Positions 1-12,000 are shown, counted from the stretch's first letter. The stretch: DNA of 64,000 nt from Giardia intestinalis (GCA_000002435.2 CM018793.1); one strand, 5' to 3'. Notes: a model not told the origin generated them from the sequence alone. Translations and numbers: made by a program.

Positions 1-1
1 T

Positions 2-3000
2 TCTACCTCGGTCTATTCGTACAGCAGTAGCTATTCCTCAACCAAATACTACGATGATTCAGACGCATATTCTACCTACTCTGATTCAGTAGTGGAAGAA
101 GCAGATGAAGAAAGGCGCACAACATCAAGAAAGAGATCTCACTCACAGGGGAGGATGTCAACAAGGACGAACCATAAAGTTAGCAGCTCACAACGAAGGT
201 CAAAGAGGGAGTCTACCAGTCACTCAAAAAGGTCTCGTGGCCAATCTGCCCGACACCGACGCAGGCCTTCCTCCGCCACAAGATCTAGGTCAGCAAAGTC
301 AAAACCTGCAGACAAGGTGCACAGTGATTCCTTTATTGCAAAGGACGCGCACCAAAGAAGCATTTATGAGCCCAAAGAAAAGCCTCTTTCTCCCAGAAAT
401 CTTAATGCATCGAATCAAGCTTCAGTCAATGTTCCGTCTGGACACCAAACCCTTAATACTGGCATGGATTCAAAAAGTCAAGAGGAATATATGTCAGATC
501 GTGAGCTACTTCTTCAATTGGGCAGAGCCACAGCCAAAAAGTATGTGACTTCCGGCGGAGAATTCTACGACACGACTAGGCAAACACCCACTTCCTTGCA
601 GCAAATGTCTGAGTTTCCTGCCTCAAACTCTGACCCTACTCAGTTGCATGTAGATCTATCGCGTTACTCTGTTAAAGACAAGAGTATTCTTGCAAACACA
701 GCAATTGATAATGCAGATCTTCAGATCAATCATCTCAATGCCGTTCCGCTGCCACCGCGCGCTGGGCCCTTCTCTGCCGGTCCGCCAACTCTTCCTGCAG
801 TCCCGGTAACCAGCTCCTATCCACCGAGCTGCCATCCGTCCATTAATCCGGTATATAATGAACCTTCCTATAACATACAAGCAGCGTGTCCTGCCACACC
901 TCTTTACATTAATCCTCAAAGAGAAACTGGAGCAGAATCTGTTGGAACGAGCGCTGCTAATATGCCCACGTATAATTTCCCGAAGGATGGAGTATACGTC
1001 CCTGGATATCCTTATATTGTTCCGACTGAATTTGGTGATGCGCCCTCAAGAGAGCCCTACAGTGATGCAGAAGCTTCTGCTCTGCCAGCGTCGTTTGTTA
1101 TGGCACAGAGACATGTCGAAAGCACCCCAATCATGAGTAACGGACAAGACCTGAGGCCACTCCTAGATAAGCACCCAGACCCTATGATGGAGTACATGAT
1201 AGAAGCAGAGATCAGACGTGCAGAATCAGACCCGCGGCAATTAGAGGAAATAAACAATCTAGCACAAGAAGACAATTATCGGAAGAGCGTTACATCAAGA
1301 ACAACCACTCTTCCATTGCCCTCCACGTCGACATCAGTAGCTCTGAACAGCGACCATCCCACCTCAGTTCCTGCTACTTCTCTGCCAACACCATCCTATT
1401 CTGGCTCTGCGCACATGGGAAGGATAGATTCTCGCACCAATGAGCTTCTGCCAGCCCCATCAGTAACCAACAGCAACACTGTCGTTAGCGCTCGTGACGG
1501 AGCGTCCAGCCTGCCTCCGCCAACGACCACAAACTCAGGTATCTCCACAGCTCCCCTGAGATATCCTACGAGTACTACTGTTGAGACGCTCGATGATTAC
1601 ACTGGGCTCGTGAAGCATGCCCTCCAGAACACCCCATCCACTGCACCGTCACATCCAACCACCTCTGGATCCCACACTTCTCAGAGTTTTTATGACAACT
1701 TGACTAGCTATTCTGGGAAAGAGCTATCTAGTAGCTTTAGGGAGCGTATAAACAAACTAACCAGGGAATCCAGTTCAACGCCAGAGACGGCGTCCGTTTC
1801 AGCTAGAGAAGCGATTCCAACAAGAACAGTGGCCTCTTTGAATAACAGAATACTGGTAACCAATGGCCTCCCTGGAGTATCCTCCACTCCCACAGCGACA
1901 GCAGCAGTTCCATTAATGGTCAACAAATATGGACAGGTCCAGGTCAATCCAGATATAGTCTTTCCGGAGATACCGGCTTCAGAGCGCCACAAACCAGAGT
2001 ACAGAGCAGCTATTGAAGCAGAGGCCCTGCGACAAACACATGCTATCGTCCCAGATACAGCCAAGTATCACTCGGTAGGCGATCTTACTGAAGACGATCT
2101 TAAAAAGAGTGGCATTGCGTACATCAGGGAGTCGTCTACCACTTCTGGCTCTTCCAGTATCCCAGAGTGTGTGATTGGACACTTGGTAGGAGGAGGAAGT
2201 CGCTCTACCCTGTCGATGACCAAACCCACAGTTAACATAGAAGCTCCAGAGGTGGCTCTACAAGAGACGTTGACTGCTGGCGACAAATCATTCCACAAGA
2301 CCAGTAGACAAGATTATCCAGATCCTTACTCTGTGCCAAAACCGTTCAATAATCTACCCACTGCTAATGTCTCTGCTGTGCCGTCCACATCTCGCTCGTT
2401 GTACACACATAGTGTCAGCATTCCAGAGTCCATCCCGTTAGGTGGAAATATTAAGACTGCCATCGAAGCGATAACTGATCGAGTTGAACACGTACAGTCA
2501 GAGCTTACAGCGGCAACGGCGGCAACTGCAGCAATAATTGGATCACACAATGGTGTTGGTGGTAGCAGTAGTAGTAGTGCAAGCGTTGCCTCAATCCGAC
2601 AGCCTTATGACTTGTCCAAGACTAGCACTGGTGCACGGGGATCCAGACGTGATGATACACCAGTGACGAGTGGTCCGAGGGGAGATAGCGTGCTGAGTAG
2701 TATGAACACAATGTCCACAAAAAGCGTTCGCTTTGCTGGCCAGGACACAACGGACTCCCACGATTTATCAGAGCACTTGTCATCTGTCCGTGACGACTTT
2801 TTAAATTTAGAGCAGGTATCTAAGTCGCCATCTGACAGGGTATCTACATCTATGCACCAAATGACGAAAGAATCTAGTTCAACTACCCTGCCACTGCCCT
2901 CCACAAATACGACAAATCCAGAGAAGACACTAACATCCAACCTGCCTGTGGCGTCAAGCACTTCCCAAAACCACAGCTATGACATAGATAGTAAGCAGGC

Positions 3001-3931
3001 CCTCATAGAATCTGCTCAATCTCTTGGCAGAACAGCCAGTGCTCTGCAGAGACTCCAGGCCAGTGGGGTCTCCCACTCCACGCCAGCAACCTCATCTCCA
3101 AAGGAGTATATTGGACGCCGGTTCGACTCTACGCCCGAGACTACTGGTGGCTCTCTTCCTCCTCCCGAAAGCGCGTCATCAGTGTCCAACCCTATTGGTA
3201 CTGTGATGTCTGGAACCGGAAGCGTATTGATTCCCCCGTCTAGCACAACTAACACGGGTGCGACAGGATCAAGTGCTCGTCCAAATCTGTATCTTCCTAG
3301 CCTTGGTCAGTCTACTGAGATGATTTCCTCTGTGGAAAATCCCAATCTTGTACTGAATAATAGTACACTAGTTCTATCCGATGGCATAGCAAATTCCCTA
3401 GGACGACGACTTAATGCCGAGATGCACACAGAACCGAAGCATCATATTCCCCAGTATCCTCCTATGGGCCCTCCAGCCTCCAATGTTCCTCCAGCCATTG
3501 ATAAAGCAGCAGATGAACTAGGTGCCAAGCCAGGAGCCACGTCACAAACTAGTATCATATCCGGGTCTGCTGGGGGCTCCGGAACATCTAAGAGCTCTGG
3601 TGGATCAGGTAGCTCAACAAACACTATAAAACACTTATCTCACGGATTAAGCGATGATGCAAATGGCTTGGGAACCCTATCAGTTAATGCGCATCGAACA
3701 AGTACAGAAAGCCCCCCTAGTAATGGATTAGAAGCCAGTAGGATACCTTTGAGCGGAAGCCGCCTCCGAGAGCTTAAGGCGCAGGGAGAAAAGCTTATCA
3801 GGGCTGCAAATGAAATCGAGACAGCGTTTGTTCCTCCCTATCTTAATCAGGGGTCGTCTACAGGAACCACAGTGATTGGGCCAAGCAGCCTTGGAAGCAC
3901 GAGTGCAAATAATACGACATACTCCAGTTAG
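2..3931 (+). CDS. Ser/Thr/Pro-rich low-complexity protein, 5' end cut by window edge
   Basis: The frame of ORF 92..3931 stays open back to nt 2 (STSVYSYSSSYSSTKYYDDSDAYSTYSDSV precedes the GTG at 92), so the gene begins upstream of the window. It has a basic RS/KR-rich start followed by a long S/T/P-rich sequence. The motif TTLPLPST occurs twice. No recognisable domain. Confidence 0.6.
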   Translation, partial: STSVYSYSSSYSSTKYYDDSDAYSTYSDSVVEEADEERRTTSRKRSHSQGRMSTRTNHKVSSSQRRSKRESTSHSKRSRGQSARHRRRPSSATRSRSAKSKPADKVHSDSFIAKDAHQRSIYEPKEKPLSPRNLNASNQASVNVPSGHQTLNTGMDSKSQEEYMSDRELLLQLGRATAKKYVTSGGEFYDTTRQTPTSLQQMSEFPASNSDPTQLHVDLSRYSVKDKSILANTAIDNADLQINHLNAVPLPPRAGPFSAGPPTLPAVPVTSSYPPSCHPSINPVYNEPSYNIQAACPATPLYINPQRETGAESVGTSAANMPTYNFPKDGVYVPGYPYIVPTEFGDAPSREPYSDAEASALPASFVMAQRHVESTPIMSNGQDLRPLLDKHPDPMMEYMIEAEIRRAESDPRQLEEINNLAQEDNYRKSVTSRTTTLPLPSTSTSVALNSDHPTSVPATSLPTPSYSGSAHMGRIDSRTNELLPAPSVTNSNTVVSARDGASSLPPPTTTNSGISTAPLRYPTSTTVETLDDYTGLVKHALQNTPSTAPSHPTTSGSHTSQSFYDNLTSYSGKELSSSFRERINKLTRESSSTPETASVSAREAIPTRTVASLNNRILVTNGLPGVSSTPTATAAVPLMVNKYGQVQVNPDIVFPEIPASERHKPEYRAAIEAEALRQTHAIVPDTAKYHSVGDLTEDDLKKSGIAYIRESSTTSGSSSIPECVIGHLVGGGSRSTLSMTKPTVNIEAPEVALQETLTAGDKSFHKTSRQDYPDPYSVPKPFNNLPTANVSAVPSTSRSLYTHSVSIPESIPLGGNIKTAIEAITDRVEHVQSELTAATAATAAIIGSHNGVGGSSSSSASVASIRQPYDLSKTSTGARGSRRDDTPVTSGPRGDSVLSSMNTMSTKSVRFAGQDTTDSHDLSEHLSSVRDDFLNLEQVSKSPSDRVSTSMHQMTKESSSTTLPLPSTNTTNPEKTLTSNLPVASSTSQNHSYDIDSKQALIESAQSLGRTASALQRLQASGVSHSTPATSSPKEYIGRRFDSTPETTGGSLPPPESASSVSNPIGTVMSGTGSVLIPPSSTTNTGATGSSARPNLYLPSLGQSTEMISSVENPNLVLNNSTLVLSDGIANSLGRRLNAEMHTEPKHHIPQYPPMGPPASNVPPAIDKAADELGAKPGATSQTSIISGSAGGSGTSKSSGGSGSSTNTIKHLSHGLSDDANGLGTLSVNAHRTSTESPPSNGLEASRIPLSGSRLRELKAQGEKLIRAANEIETAFVPPYLNQGSSTGTTVIGPSSLGSTSANNTTYSS

Positions 3932-3956
3932 ATGCGCGACTTGTAAACTTAGAAAG

Positions 3957-5939
3957 CTACCATGTTTGTATCCTTCGCTCGTAAGAGCTACGTCGATCTG
4001 CTTCTTTAAGCCTCAGCCTATCTTGATAACAATCTATCCAACAACAAAAGGCGAGGTGTTGAATAAATTGATTGAGGCGAAGATCAAGCAGATTCTTATG
4101 TCTAGTCCACTTGTCCGTATAAAATTGTCCCGTCTCAAAGATTTCCTGCGCAAATTTTGCAACTAATCTGTTGCAGTCTCTAGCAGCCAGCGCCTCAGAC
4201 CATGCCCTGAATGCTCGCCGTTGAAGAAGATGGTTAACTAGCAAAAAGCCCGCATCATAGTAGGCATGTGCATACCGTGAAATAATATGCTGATTAGCTG
4301 CGCACGCAATAAGAGACTGCCGCTTGTAAATCCGCTGACCCTTGAACTTAAAATGAGGAGCTGTTGTGTCCTTGATTGTGTACCGAGACCAATCTATGTC
4401 CGACTGAGAGTCTGTATCGCCAAGTAGATTCAGGGATGTCTGTTCATAGTCTAAGTCCGATGTGGTAGGACTCGAAGGCGCCGAAGGCGGTGATGAGGGC
4501 CCTTCTTGTGAAGCAGGCATAAGCTGAGTGACAGTCTTTGGGGTCTTGAAGGCAGTAGGAGATGCTTTGGGTGGCTGAGAACCAGCCTGAGCAAGAGGTG
4601 AGAGAGGTAGTGTATTCGGTTTAGTTGAATCTGTGAGAATCGCAGACTGCACATTGGTATTTTGAGATGGGTTTGATGGTCCAGTAAGACTCACTTCCTG
4701 GGGTAAGACCGGCTTCCATGACACGTTTCGAGGTAGTTGACAAGATGCATAAGGGTACAAAATCTGCCAGGGAGAGCTCCTTTGAAAGAGGACCTCAATA
4801 CATGTGGTAATTAATTCCCGCTCTGCACCATTTGCGCCCCAGTCAGCCCCAGGAAGGACGGAGGCATAGTTGTCACACAAATCTACTGCTATAAGGAGAA
4901 ATGACAACTTCTTCTTTGCATTTTCATCCTTCGAACACCTTTCAACAATTGCCTTGTGCACGTGCCACGTTTCATTAAACTTTGAGATGAACTTCACGGA
5001 CTTCTTATGTGTCTCTAAAATTTCCTCCATGGACCTCAGCAGGTATACAAGTCTAGCGTGGTATCTGCTTTTGATAAAAAGGGCGTCAGCCAGATCAGTC
5101 AAGGGTACAGATCCATTGTCTTTTGGGACCTGAAATACTTTTTCTAGAATTCTATACCGGAGTAGCCCTAAGATTAGGCACGCGGAAGAAGCAAATAAAT
5201 GCCGTACATAGTCATTCCATGTCAGCGTTTGCTGCACCTCTGGAAAGTTATTGGACGTAAGCAAATTGTCCTGGATGAAGGACAGGCATTGCTCTAAATT
5301 GTTATCTTTGATCATCTGCTCTACTGCAGTATACATCTGCTGAATTTCTGCCCCTACAAGAGTCCTTCTTTTGCACTTTTTAGAAGGCACAACAGCATTT
5401 GTGAAGTAGCAGAGCAGATGAAATTCCCAGCCAAAGCTGCTTGCCTCACCTGATGCGTGTTTTAGAAGTTCAATGAAAAGCTTATCGTAGAAAGGAAACT
5501 CGATGGCTAGCGCGTTGCCTTTGGCTGCCTGAGATAGCAGATGCTTCGTATAGGCATAGATGGAGAAGGGCATCATGAGACAGTAAAACGAAAACAGCGC
5601 CATCGTGTGAGCAGAAATGATGGAAGCGTCTTCCTCCATGGAGCTTTGACGAAGCGTAGCGCATAGCTTCCGCGCACTGATGGGGATCACTTGTAGCCGT
5701 GGAACAAGATACTTAAGAATCTCCTCTATTCCATACGGCGCATATCTAAATAAATCAAGAATCAGATAGAAGTATGTGTGACAGATTTGGCTCTTGTTCT
5801 GTTCTGGAAGAGTAGTCGAGCTGTTAGCCCGTTGATAGGCAATTATTAGCCTCCAGTCGTTTGGCTTACCATTGAGCTGTTCGAATTTAGTGTCATAGTT
5901 GCGGTTAGGGTCGGGAGCTATTGAAAAGAAGATGTTCAT
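3957..5939 (-). CDS. hypothetical protein (about 660 aa)
   Basis: Long ORF. The track start at 5990 is a TTG. The first ATG (MNIFFSIAPDP) is at 5939 and is directly preceded by ttttaaaa, the typical AT-rich Giardia initiator. There is a Pro/Ser-rich middle segment. No domain recognised. Confidence 0.6.
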   Translation of the reverse strand: MNIFFSIAPDPNRNYDTKFEQLNGKPNDWRLIIAYQRANSSTTLPEQNKSQICHTYFYLILDLFRYAPYGIEEILKYLVPRLQVIPISARKLCATLRQSSMEEDASIISAHTMALFSFYCLMMPFSIYAYTKHLLSQAAKGNALAIEFPFYDKLFIELLKHASGEASSFGWEFHLLCYFTNAVVPSKKCKRRTLVGAEIQQMYTAVEQMIKDNNLEQCLSFIQDNLLTSNNFPEVQQTLTWNDYVRHLFASSACLILGLLRYRILEKVFQVPKDNGSVPLTDLADALFIKSRYHARLVYLLRSMEEILETHKKSVKFISKFNETWHVHKAIVERCSKDENAKKKLSFLLIAVDLCDNYASVLPGADWGANGAERELITTCIEVLFQRSSPWQILYPYASCQLPRNVSWKPVLPQEVSLTGPSNPSQNTNVQSAILTDSTKPNTLPLSPLAQAGSQPPKASPTAFKTPKTVTQLMPASQEGPSSPPSAPSSPTTSDLDYEQTSLNLLGDTDSQSDIDWSRYTIKDTTAPHFKFKGQRIYKRQSLIACAANQHIISRYAHAYYDAGFLLVNHLLQRRAFRAWSEALAARDCNRLVAKFAQEIFETGQFYTDKWTRHKNLLDLRLNQFIQHLAFCCWIDCYQDRLRLKEADRRSSYERRIQTW

Positions 5940-6221
5940 TTTTAAAACAGTTTGGTCAGTTTTTAGCAAGGCACGGAATTGCAAGGCCAATATCTCAAGT
6001 TAATAGGAGTGCAACTTTCTAATACTGTAAGCTCCATTTAACTTTTTGAGCATGGATTCCCGGCTCAGGGAACTTTGCCGCCATAGAGATTTAATAATAA
6101 ATAACTGGGATTATAGAGGCATGCGCGGATTGCTAAACGTTATGTTGGTGAACGCCCTCGGTACCATGAGAGCCGAAACAGCAAGGATTTCAAAATTTGT
6201 TTACCTCACAACCGATAGCGA

Positions 6222-8777
6222 ATGGTTGCACCGACCTCTCAGGGCCAACAAGAGGCCGAGAGCTCCACTAGCGTGGTAGAAATAACAACCGGGACTACTG
6301 TTCATCATATTACCATCCCAGCCAGACCTAGGGCTGCCAAGTCGCCGCCTTTGAGATCGGCAGTTGAAAACTTGATGAAGGGGGGTATCTTTTCAACAGC
6401 CCAGCATACAGGCTCAGAAGAGGCAGCTACAAGGGGTCTATCTAGGGGATCGGGAGCTAAATCGTCCCTGGGAGACAATGGAAGATCTTGTACCAGGAAA
6501 AAGCGGTCCAGAAGCACGATCTTGAATATGAGGAAGGAGCTTGACGATATCCTAGCGCCACTAGGACCCCCTGAGGGCTCTTCTGTTGCAAGCCCGAGAT
6601 CAGGCCAAAATATACGATCGGTTTCTCCTCTGGTTGCAGTTAATAACATAGATGATACCGACACTGCAGCAATGGGTGGGAGGACTAAACTGATGATGGC
6701 TGCTATTGTAGATGACGTACTCGCTGTACAGAAATACATCACTGAACAAGGGCAGCGCACTCCAGACGGAAGGACAGCTCTCATGCTTGCAGCTGAACAT
6801 GGATCAATTGCGTGTATCGATCAGTTGATCCCCTGGGAGTCCGGTCTGGTTAGCAATAATGGGTGGACAGCAATAATGTATGCCATCGCGGCACAGAAGT
6901 TGCAGGCAGTGGAGCTCCTGGCTAGAAAGCCAAAGGAGCTGACCTCGACAACAGCAGACGGACGAACTCCGCTTATCCTGGCCGCTGAGATTGGCAGCGA
7001 GGAAGTTGTACAGCTATTTCTGGAGTCCAGACTCATTGGAATGACAACAGCTGACGGCAGAACAGCACTTATGCAAGCCGCGTGGAATAGGCATTTAGAT
7101 TGTGTTCGTTGGTTAGCAAAAAAGGAGGGTGGAATACAAGACTCAGAAGGGAAAACGGCTCTTATGCTGGCCATTGAGGGGAGATCTATCAATAGGCAAC
7201 AACACGATAAGGCCAGGACACAGGATTTCGTTAATCTGCTGGCTAGTGAAATGGGCAAAACCACAGCCGACGGAACTACGGCACTAATGTGTGCTGTGCT
7301 GAACAATGAAGAGGATAGTATCCCTCTGCTCAAGAGTGAGCTCATGAAGAGGCAAAGGAGTGGACGCACTGCATTGATTCTGGCCGCCAGACAAGGCACA
7401 CTTACAAGTCTTCATGATTTGCTGCCTGAAGCTGGAAGTAGGGACGGCTCTGGAAAACCAGCTTTATATTATGCACTGGAAGGGCGAAACATGACTCATG
7501 TGAGGGAGTTATCTGCAGAGTATAATATGACGATTGATGACGATGTGTCCATGCTCATGTCGGCAATAATTTTCGGCAATGAAGAGGCAGCCCTTCTCAT
7601 ACTGAAGGAGCTACAAAAGCAATCACTTACTACCCCAGCCAAAGGTCCTTTGCCCCCGTTGCATGTTCCAGTTACCGAAAGAGAGCAGAAGACAGCCCTG
7701 ATTCTTGCCGTCGAGGCAGGAAGTCTCGCACTGGTGAAGGAGTTATCCCTTACAGAGCATTCTTTTCAAGATGTTAAGGGGACCACGGCTCTGATGTACG
7801 CTGCAGAACGAGAGTTTTGTGATGCAATTAAGATTCTCTTGCCTTTGGAGGAGCACATGAAAAACGTTGCAGGCCACACAGCACTCATTCAGATGGCCAT
7901 GAATAACAACATCCTTGCCGTATCCTTCCTTCTCTCAGAGGCCTGTGACACTGACAATTCTGGAATGACAGCGCTTATGCACGCAGCACATTTGGGGCAC
8001 CATAATATAGTGAGCATTCTTCTCAGTAGCAACGAGGTCGGGATGGTCGACACCCATGGGATGACGGCCCTCATGCACGCTGCCATGAACGGCCATACAC
8101 AGTGCGTCTCTCTCTTGGCCCCGAAGGAGCACCATTACGCGCGGATGTACCGCTTATTGAAGGATAGCAATACTGGCATGACTGATGAGCAGGTGTGGTC
8201 CCACCAAAGTTTCTATTCCGGCCGGACGGCATTAATTATAGCGGCCATGTATAATTCGCTGGACTGTGTCAAGCAACTAATTCCTTGGGAAGCCTGGGTT
8301 CTCAATGAATACAATCGACTTCCCTCTACAGTGATAAATATAGGAACTTATTCTAACGACATTCAGGACGCTCTTACCATTCGAGGCATTCATAGATTAA
8401 TGAAAATGTATTATGCAAGACGGCGTAATGAGCTGGGGTCCTGCAACATCTGCCTCAACAAGATCTCTAGCATGAAGTGCTACCCGTGTAATCACACTGT
8501 TTGTTGCGAGGAGTGTGCTGAGAGGCTAATGACAACAAAAAAGCCATGTCCCCTTTGCAGACGGCCAATCCTGTTCTGGATCACAGAGTGTTATGATTTG
8601 GCCACTATGTCATTTACTCTAGCCCCAAATTTCGAATGGATCGACCTCCCAAGCGACGACGACGATGACGACAGTGATAGAAAACATTCCAAAGATGAGG
8701 ATACTGATGACGAGCTGTATGTCAATATACACTTGGACCACGAGATAGAAGTCTCATCGTATTCATGGTTTCACTAG
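6222..8777 (+). CDS. ankyrin-repeat protein (protein 21.1-like) with C-terminal C3HC4 RING finger and acidic tail
   Basis: Many repeats of the G(R/W)TALM.AA..G...(C)V..L ankyrin type. The RING is CNICLNKISSMKCYPCNHTVCCEECAERLMTTKKPCPLCRRPI at nt 8442..8570, followed by DDDDDDSD. Confidence 0.8.
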   Translation: MVAPTSQGQQEAESSTSVVEITTGTTVHHITIPARPRAAKSPPLRSAVENLMKGGIFSTAQHTGSEEAATRGLSRGSGAKSSLGDNGRSCTRKKRSRSTILNMRKELDDILAPLGPPEGSSVASPRSGQNIRSVSPLVAVNNIDDTDTAAMGGRTKLMMAAIVDDVLAVQKYITEQGQRTPDGRTALMLAAEHGSIACIDQLIPWESGLVSNNGWTAIMYAIAAQKLQAVELLARKPKELTSTTADGRTPLILAAEIGSEEVVQLFLESRLIGMTTADGRTALMQAAWNRHLDCVRWLAKKEGGIQDSEGKTALMLAIEGRSINRQQHDKARTQDFVNLLASEMGKTTADGTTALMCAVLNNEEDSIPLLKSELMKRQRSGRTALILAARQGTLTSLHDLLPEAGSRDGSGKPALYYALEGRNMTHVRELSAEYNMTIDDDVSMLMSAIIFGNEEAALLILKELQKQSLTTPAKGPLPPLHVPVTEREQKTALILAVEAGSLALVKELSLTEHSFQDVKGTTALMYAAEREFCDAIKILLPLEEHMKNVAGHTALIQMAMNNNILAVSFLLSEACDTDNSGMTALMHAAHLGHHNIVSILLSSNEVGMVDTHGMTALMHAAMNGHTQCVSLLAPKEHHYARMYRLLKDSNTGMTDEQVWSHQSFYSGRTALIIAAMYNSLDCVKQLIPWEAWVLNEYNRLPSTVINIGTYSNDIQDALTIRGIHRLMKMYYARRRNELGSCNICLNKISSMKCYPCNHTVCCEECAERLMTTKKPCPLCRRPILFWITECYDLATMSFTLAPNFEWIDLPSDDDDDDSDRKHSKDEDTDDELYVNIHLDHEIEVSSYSWFH

Positions 8778-9013
8778 ACTCTCTCAGCTCCAAGACATGG
8801 ATACAATGCTTAGAATATTTCAGCTAGAACCCCAAGATCGCTTCTTAAGTGTAGTAACAATTTCGGCCCTAAAAGTCTGAACCTGCTGAACATAGCTATC
8901 ATCTAATGGTAACAGCTCATTTTGAAATCTAGACACTTCTCCAAATACTCCAAACATTGAATATTTTACAACCAACGCAGAGAGTGTGTCATACCATGGC
9001 GGGTACAAAACCC

Positions 9014-12000
9014 TTACTTGCGAAGAAGAATGTTTGCCCAGAGCCTCCCAACGGACCGAAGGTCTTTGCTCAAGAACTCTATGTCTTTGAGCCACGAGTC
9101 CACCGGTACTTCTAGAACATTTCCAATAACTACTAGAGCCTGCTCGATTAGATCCAACGGGGGCGAGAATACATGTAGAGATTTGGCATATTCTGTTGGT
9201 GGAAGAAGATCCATATAGGGCGTAATGCGAATGAGGTACGACTCGTCTGTGTATAACGAGTACGTAAGAATTTGTTCCTCATGTCTCTTTTCTGCATAAT
9301 TGAGGAGGGACAAGTAGATAGCATTGGACTTATTCGACAGCTGATCAGATTGAGCCACAATTGCAGCATAGAGGAGGCACACCCGCATAGAAAAATCACA
9401 TACAGTGTCCTTCTTAATAGGATGCTCCATTTCAGACAGCAGATGGACATAGCTGCTCACAAGCGCCTTCTTACAGATGGCGCGCAAGAAGTTTATGTAG
9501 ACCGTACGGATTATCCTGCAAGTAGACTGTGGGATATTAATGAGAACACCGGATTCTCTCATCAGAATCCACCCAGAGGCAGCAGTGTAGTTCATTATCG
9601 GCGATCTGTCATTGTACACGCCTGCGAGCCACTGCTGGGACGAAATGACGCCATCCTCTGTGTATGCAACATGGTTGAAGTAGGAACAGGCTGCCCCTAA
9701 AAGCAGGCCTAGAATTTGTGCGTCTGACAACAGGCCGTGAGAGCCTTTTTGGAGCATGGCTAGAAAGATGAATACTTGCCTTAGAACCAGGATAGACCGT
9801 GAGCTGCAGTAGTAGGTGCTGGAAACCTCATTGGTCGTGAGCTTATAGCAAAGATCTGAGAGAGACTGGGGAGGTATCTTATAGTGCGACAACTCAAAGT
9901 ATTGAATACAGGAAAAAAGAAGCCTGAAGAGCTTTTTATGGTTTGACACGTTACTCCTAAACGTGTACAACGTATGTTCTAGCTTCTCGGGCCTCTCTGC
10001 CTCCAACTTTTCATCTGAGACACTTCCATTCAAAATGATATTAGCCCAATAAGAGGCCATAGCCTCGTTGGTCATCTTCTTGAAGTTCTTGCTTACCTTG
10101 GCTGGAAAAAGCGTTCCAGTTGTGTAATCCTGGTAATCTTCGCATCCTTGAGAAAAGAAGCTATGAGGGTACTGGCTATACACATCTTCATTGATTTTCA
10201 TTATAAAATGCTCTGTGTCGACTATTTTTGATCTAGAAATAATAATGGACTTTAAAAACGCCTTTTCACTGGCAGAAAGCTCCTCGATGGTCTTGTAATT
10301 CTTCTCCGGTATCTGAGGCGTTGGGCAGGCAAGATACTGTCCTCGTACCTTTACGCGCTGGCCTATCTTAGCTTGTCGGACCATGTCGTCTGCACTGAAG
10401 CTGTCACGAACGAGCGAGTAGGACAGATGCCCCCCATCGTCTGTTATAGAATCCCGCGCACAAAACGTACCGGACAAGAAGGCGTCGACGGCATTATCAA
10501 TACTCTGCTCTATATGAGTGACCGATGAACGAAGGTCTGACAAATAGTTGTTAATGTTCATCGTCTCCTTCCTGCTCCTGTCGTCATACTTGTTCAGCAA
10601 AGGATTTCTGAGAGATGCGTTGTTCCTCTTTCCTATTAGATGACCAAAGAAGTAGTGGATTGTCTCCAAATGAATATCCTGGTCTCGAACAAAGAGTTGG
10701 TGCTGTATCTGTCTCATGAACATTTCTTTCAGATACAGTCTGATCAGCTTTTTCTGCGAGTTCGTGATAGCATCTGTGTTCAGAAGATCGATGGACAGGG
10801 CCAGAAGCTGCTGATGGGTCTCTTGCACTAAAAACCTAGATTTATACTGTAGCGGTGGCTTTATATCACCAGAGGGGGTATAATTGATCTCGTGTGCTGG
10901 CAAATAGAGAGCTATAATGTTGGGTATGTGCATTATCGTGTATGGATTCGAAGTAACCGTGTCGACTATCTCCTTGGTCTCAACTGCGTCACGCTTCAAT
11001 GCAAACACATTTGTTATCAAGTCTTCTGCCATCTTGTCGCTCCGGCACGGCTTTGCAAGACAGAAAAAGGTGTTATAGACATATTCCATGAAGCCGATGC
11101 GCGAACGCTGGTACTTTTCCAAGAGGATATGTGATATGTAATGCGACACGCTTATCTCTGCGTCCCTTAGGCACCGGATGAATAGTTTTTTGTACCCCTG
11201 AAGATCTCCGTCAGAGTGGGGCAGAGACAGTAGGGAGATAACTGTTTCAGTCACCGAATTGTATATCTCTGTAGAGAAGATAGGCGTTTTTATAAACCAG
11301 GCGTAGTAGACACGAATCAGAATGTCTTTCATTTGAGTCGTATCTGTCGCCACTGCTACTTCATTTTGATATGCAGCTGCATCAGTAAGAAAGAATAACT
11401 GCTGATTGCCCGCTCCCGTCTGTGTGATGTATATATTAAAGAGGTGTCTTGAGCGCTTATTGAACAAGATCTCGCAAAACCTGGCCGCCATCTTGGGTCG
11501 CACAACGGGTTCAAATGTTATTGTGCAGGTCACCAAATTGGCTAGGGGAGCGAAAATCCATATCTTTTGATACACCTTAACCGGTAGAAATACATTGAGG
11601 AAGGTAAGGAAACGTGTCAGTAGCGTCACTGAAAGATATTTCACATTAAGGACAGTAATTACTTCCAGCAGATTTTCTGTCCACTTCGTAAAAGTTGATT
11701 CTTGGCACAGCATATATAAGCACTTCCGCGATGTCACAGTGGACTCCAGAACCTTGAGGAACCTGCTGCGCACGGTGCAATTGATGAAGATTGTCATGAT
11801 TATGTTGAACACAGCGACAACGGAAAGAGCATGTATAAGTACATTGCTGGTGTATCCGGAAGAGGTAGAGACGTAGTTTGGCTCGGAGTTAAACTCATAG
11901 ATGAGACCCAGCAAATAGATCACACAAAGTGGGGGAATGCAGAGCTTTGCGTAGAAGGTTGCATGTACGGGGGAAAAGGCAAATGAAGTAAACAGGAGGC

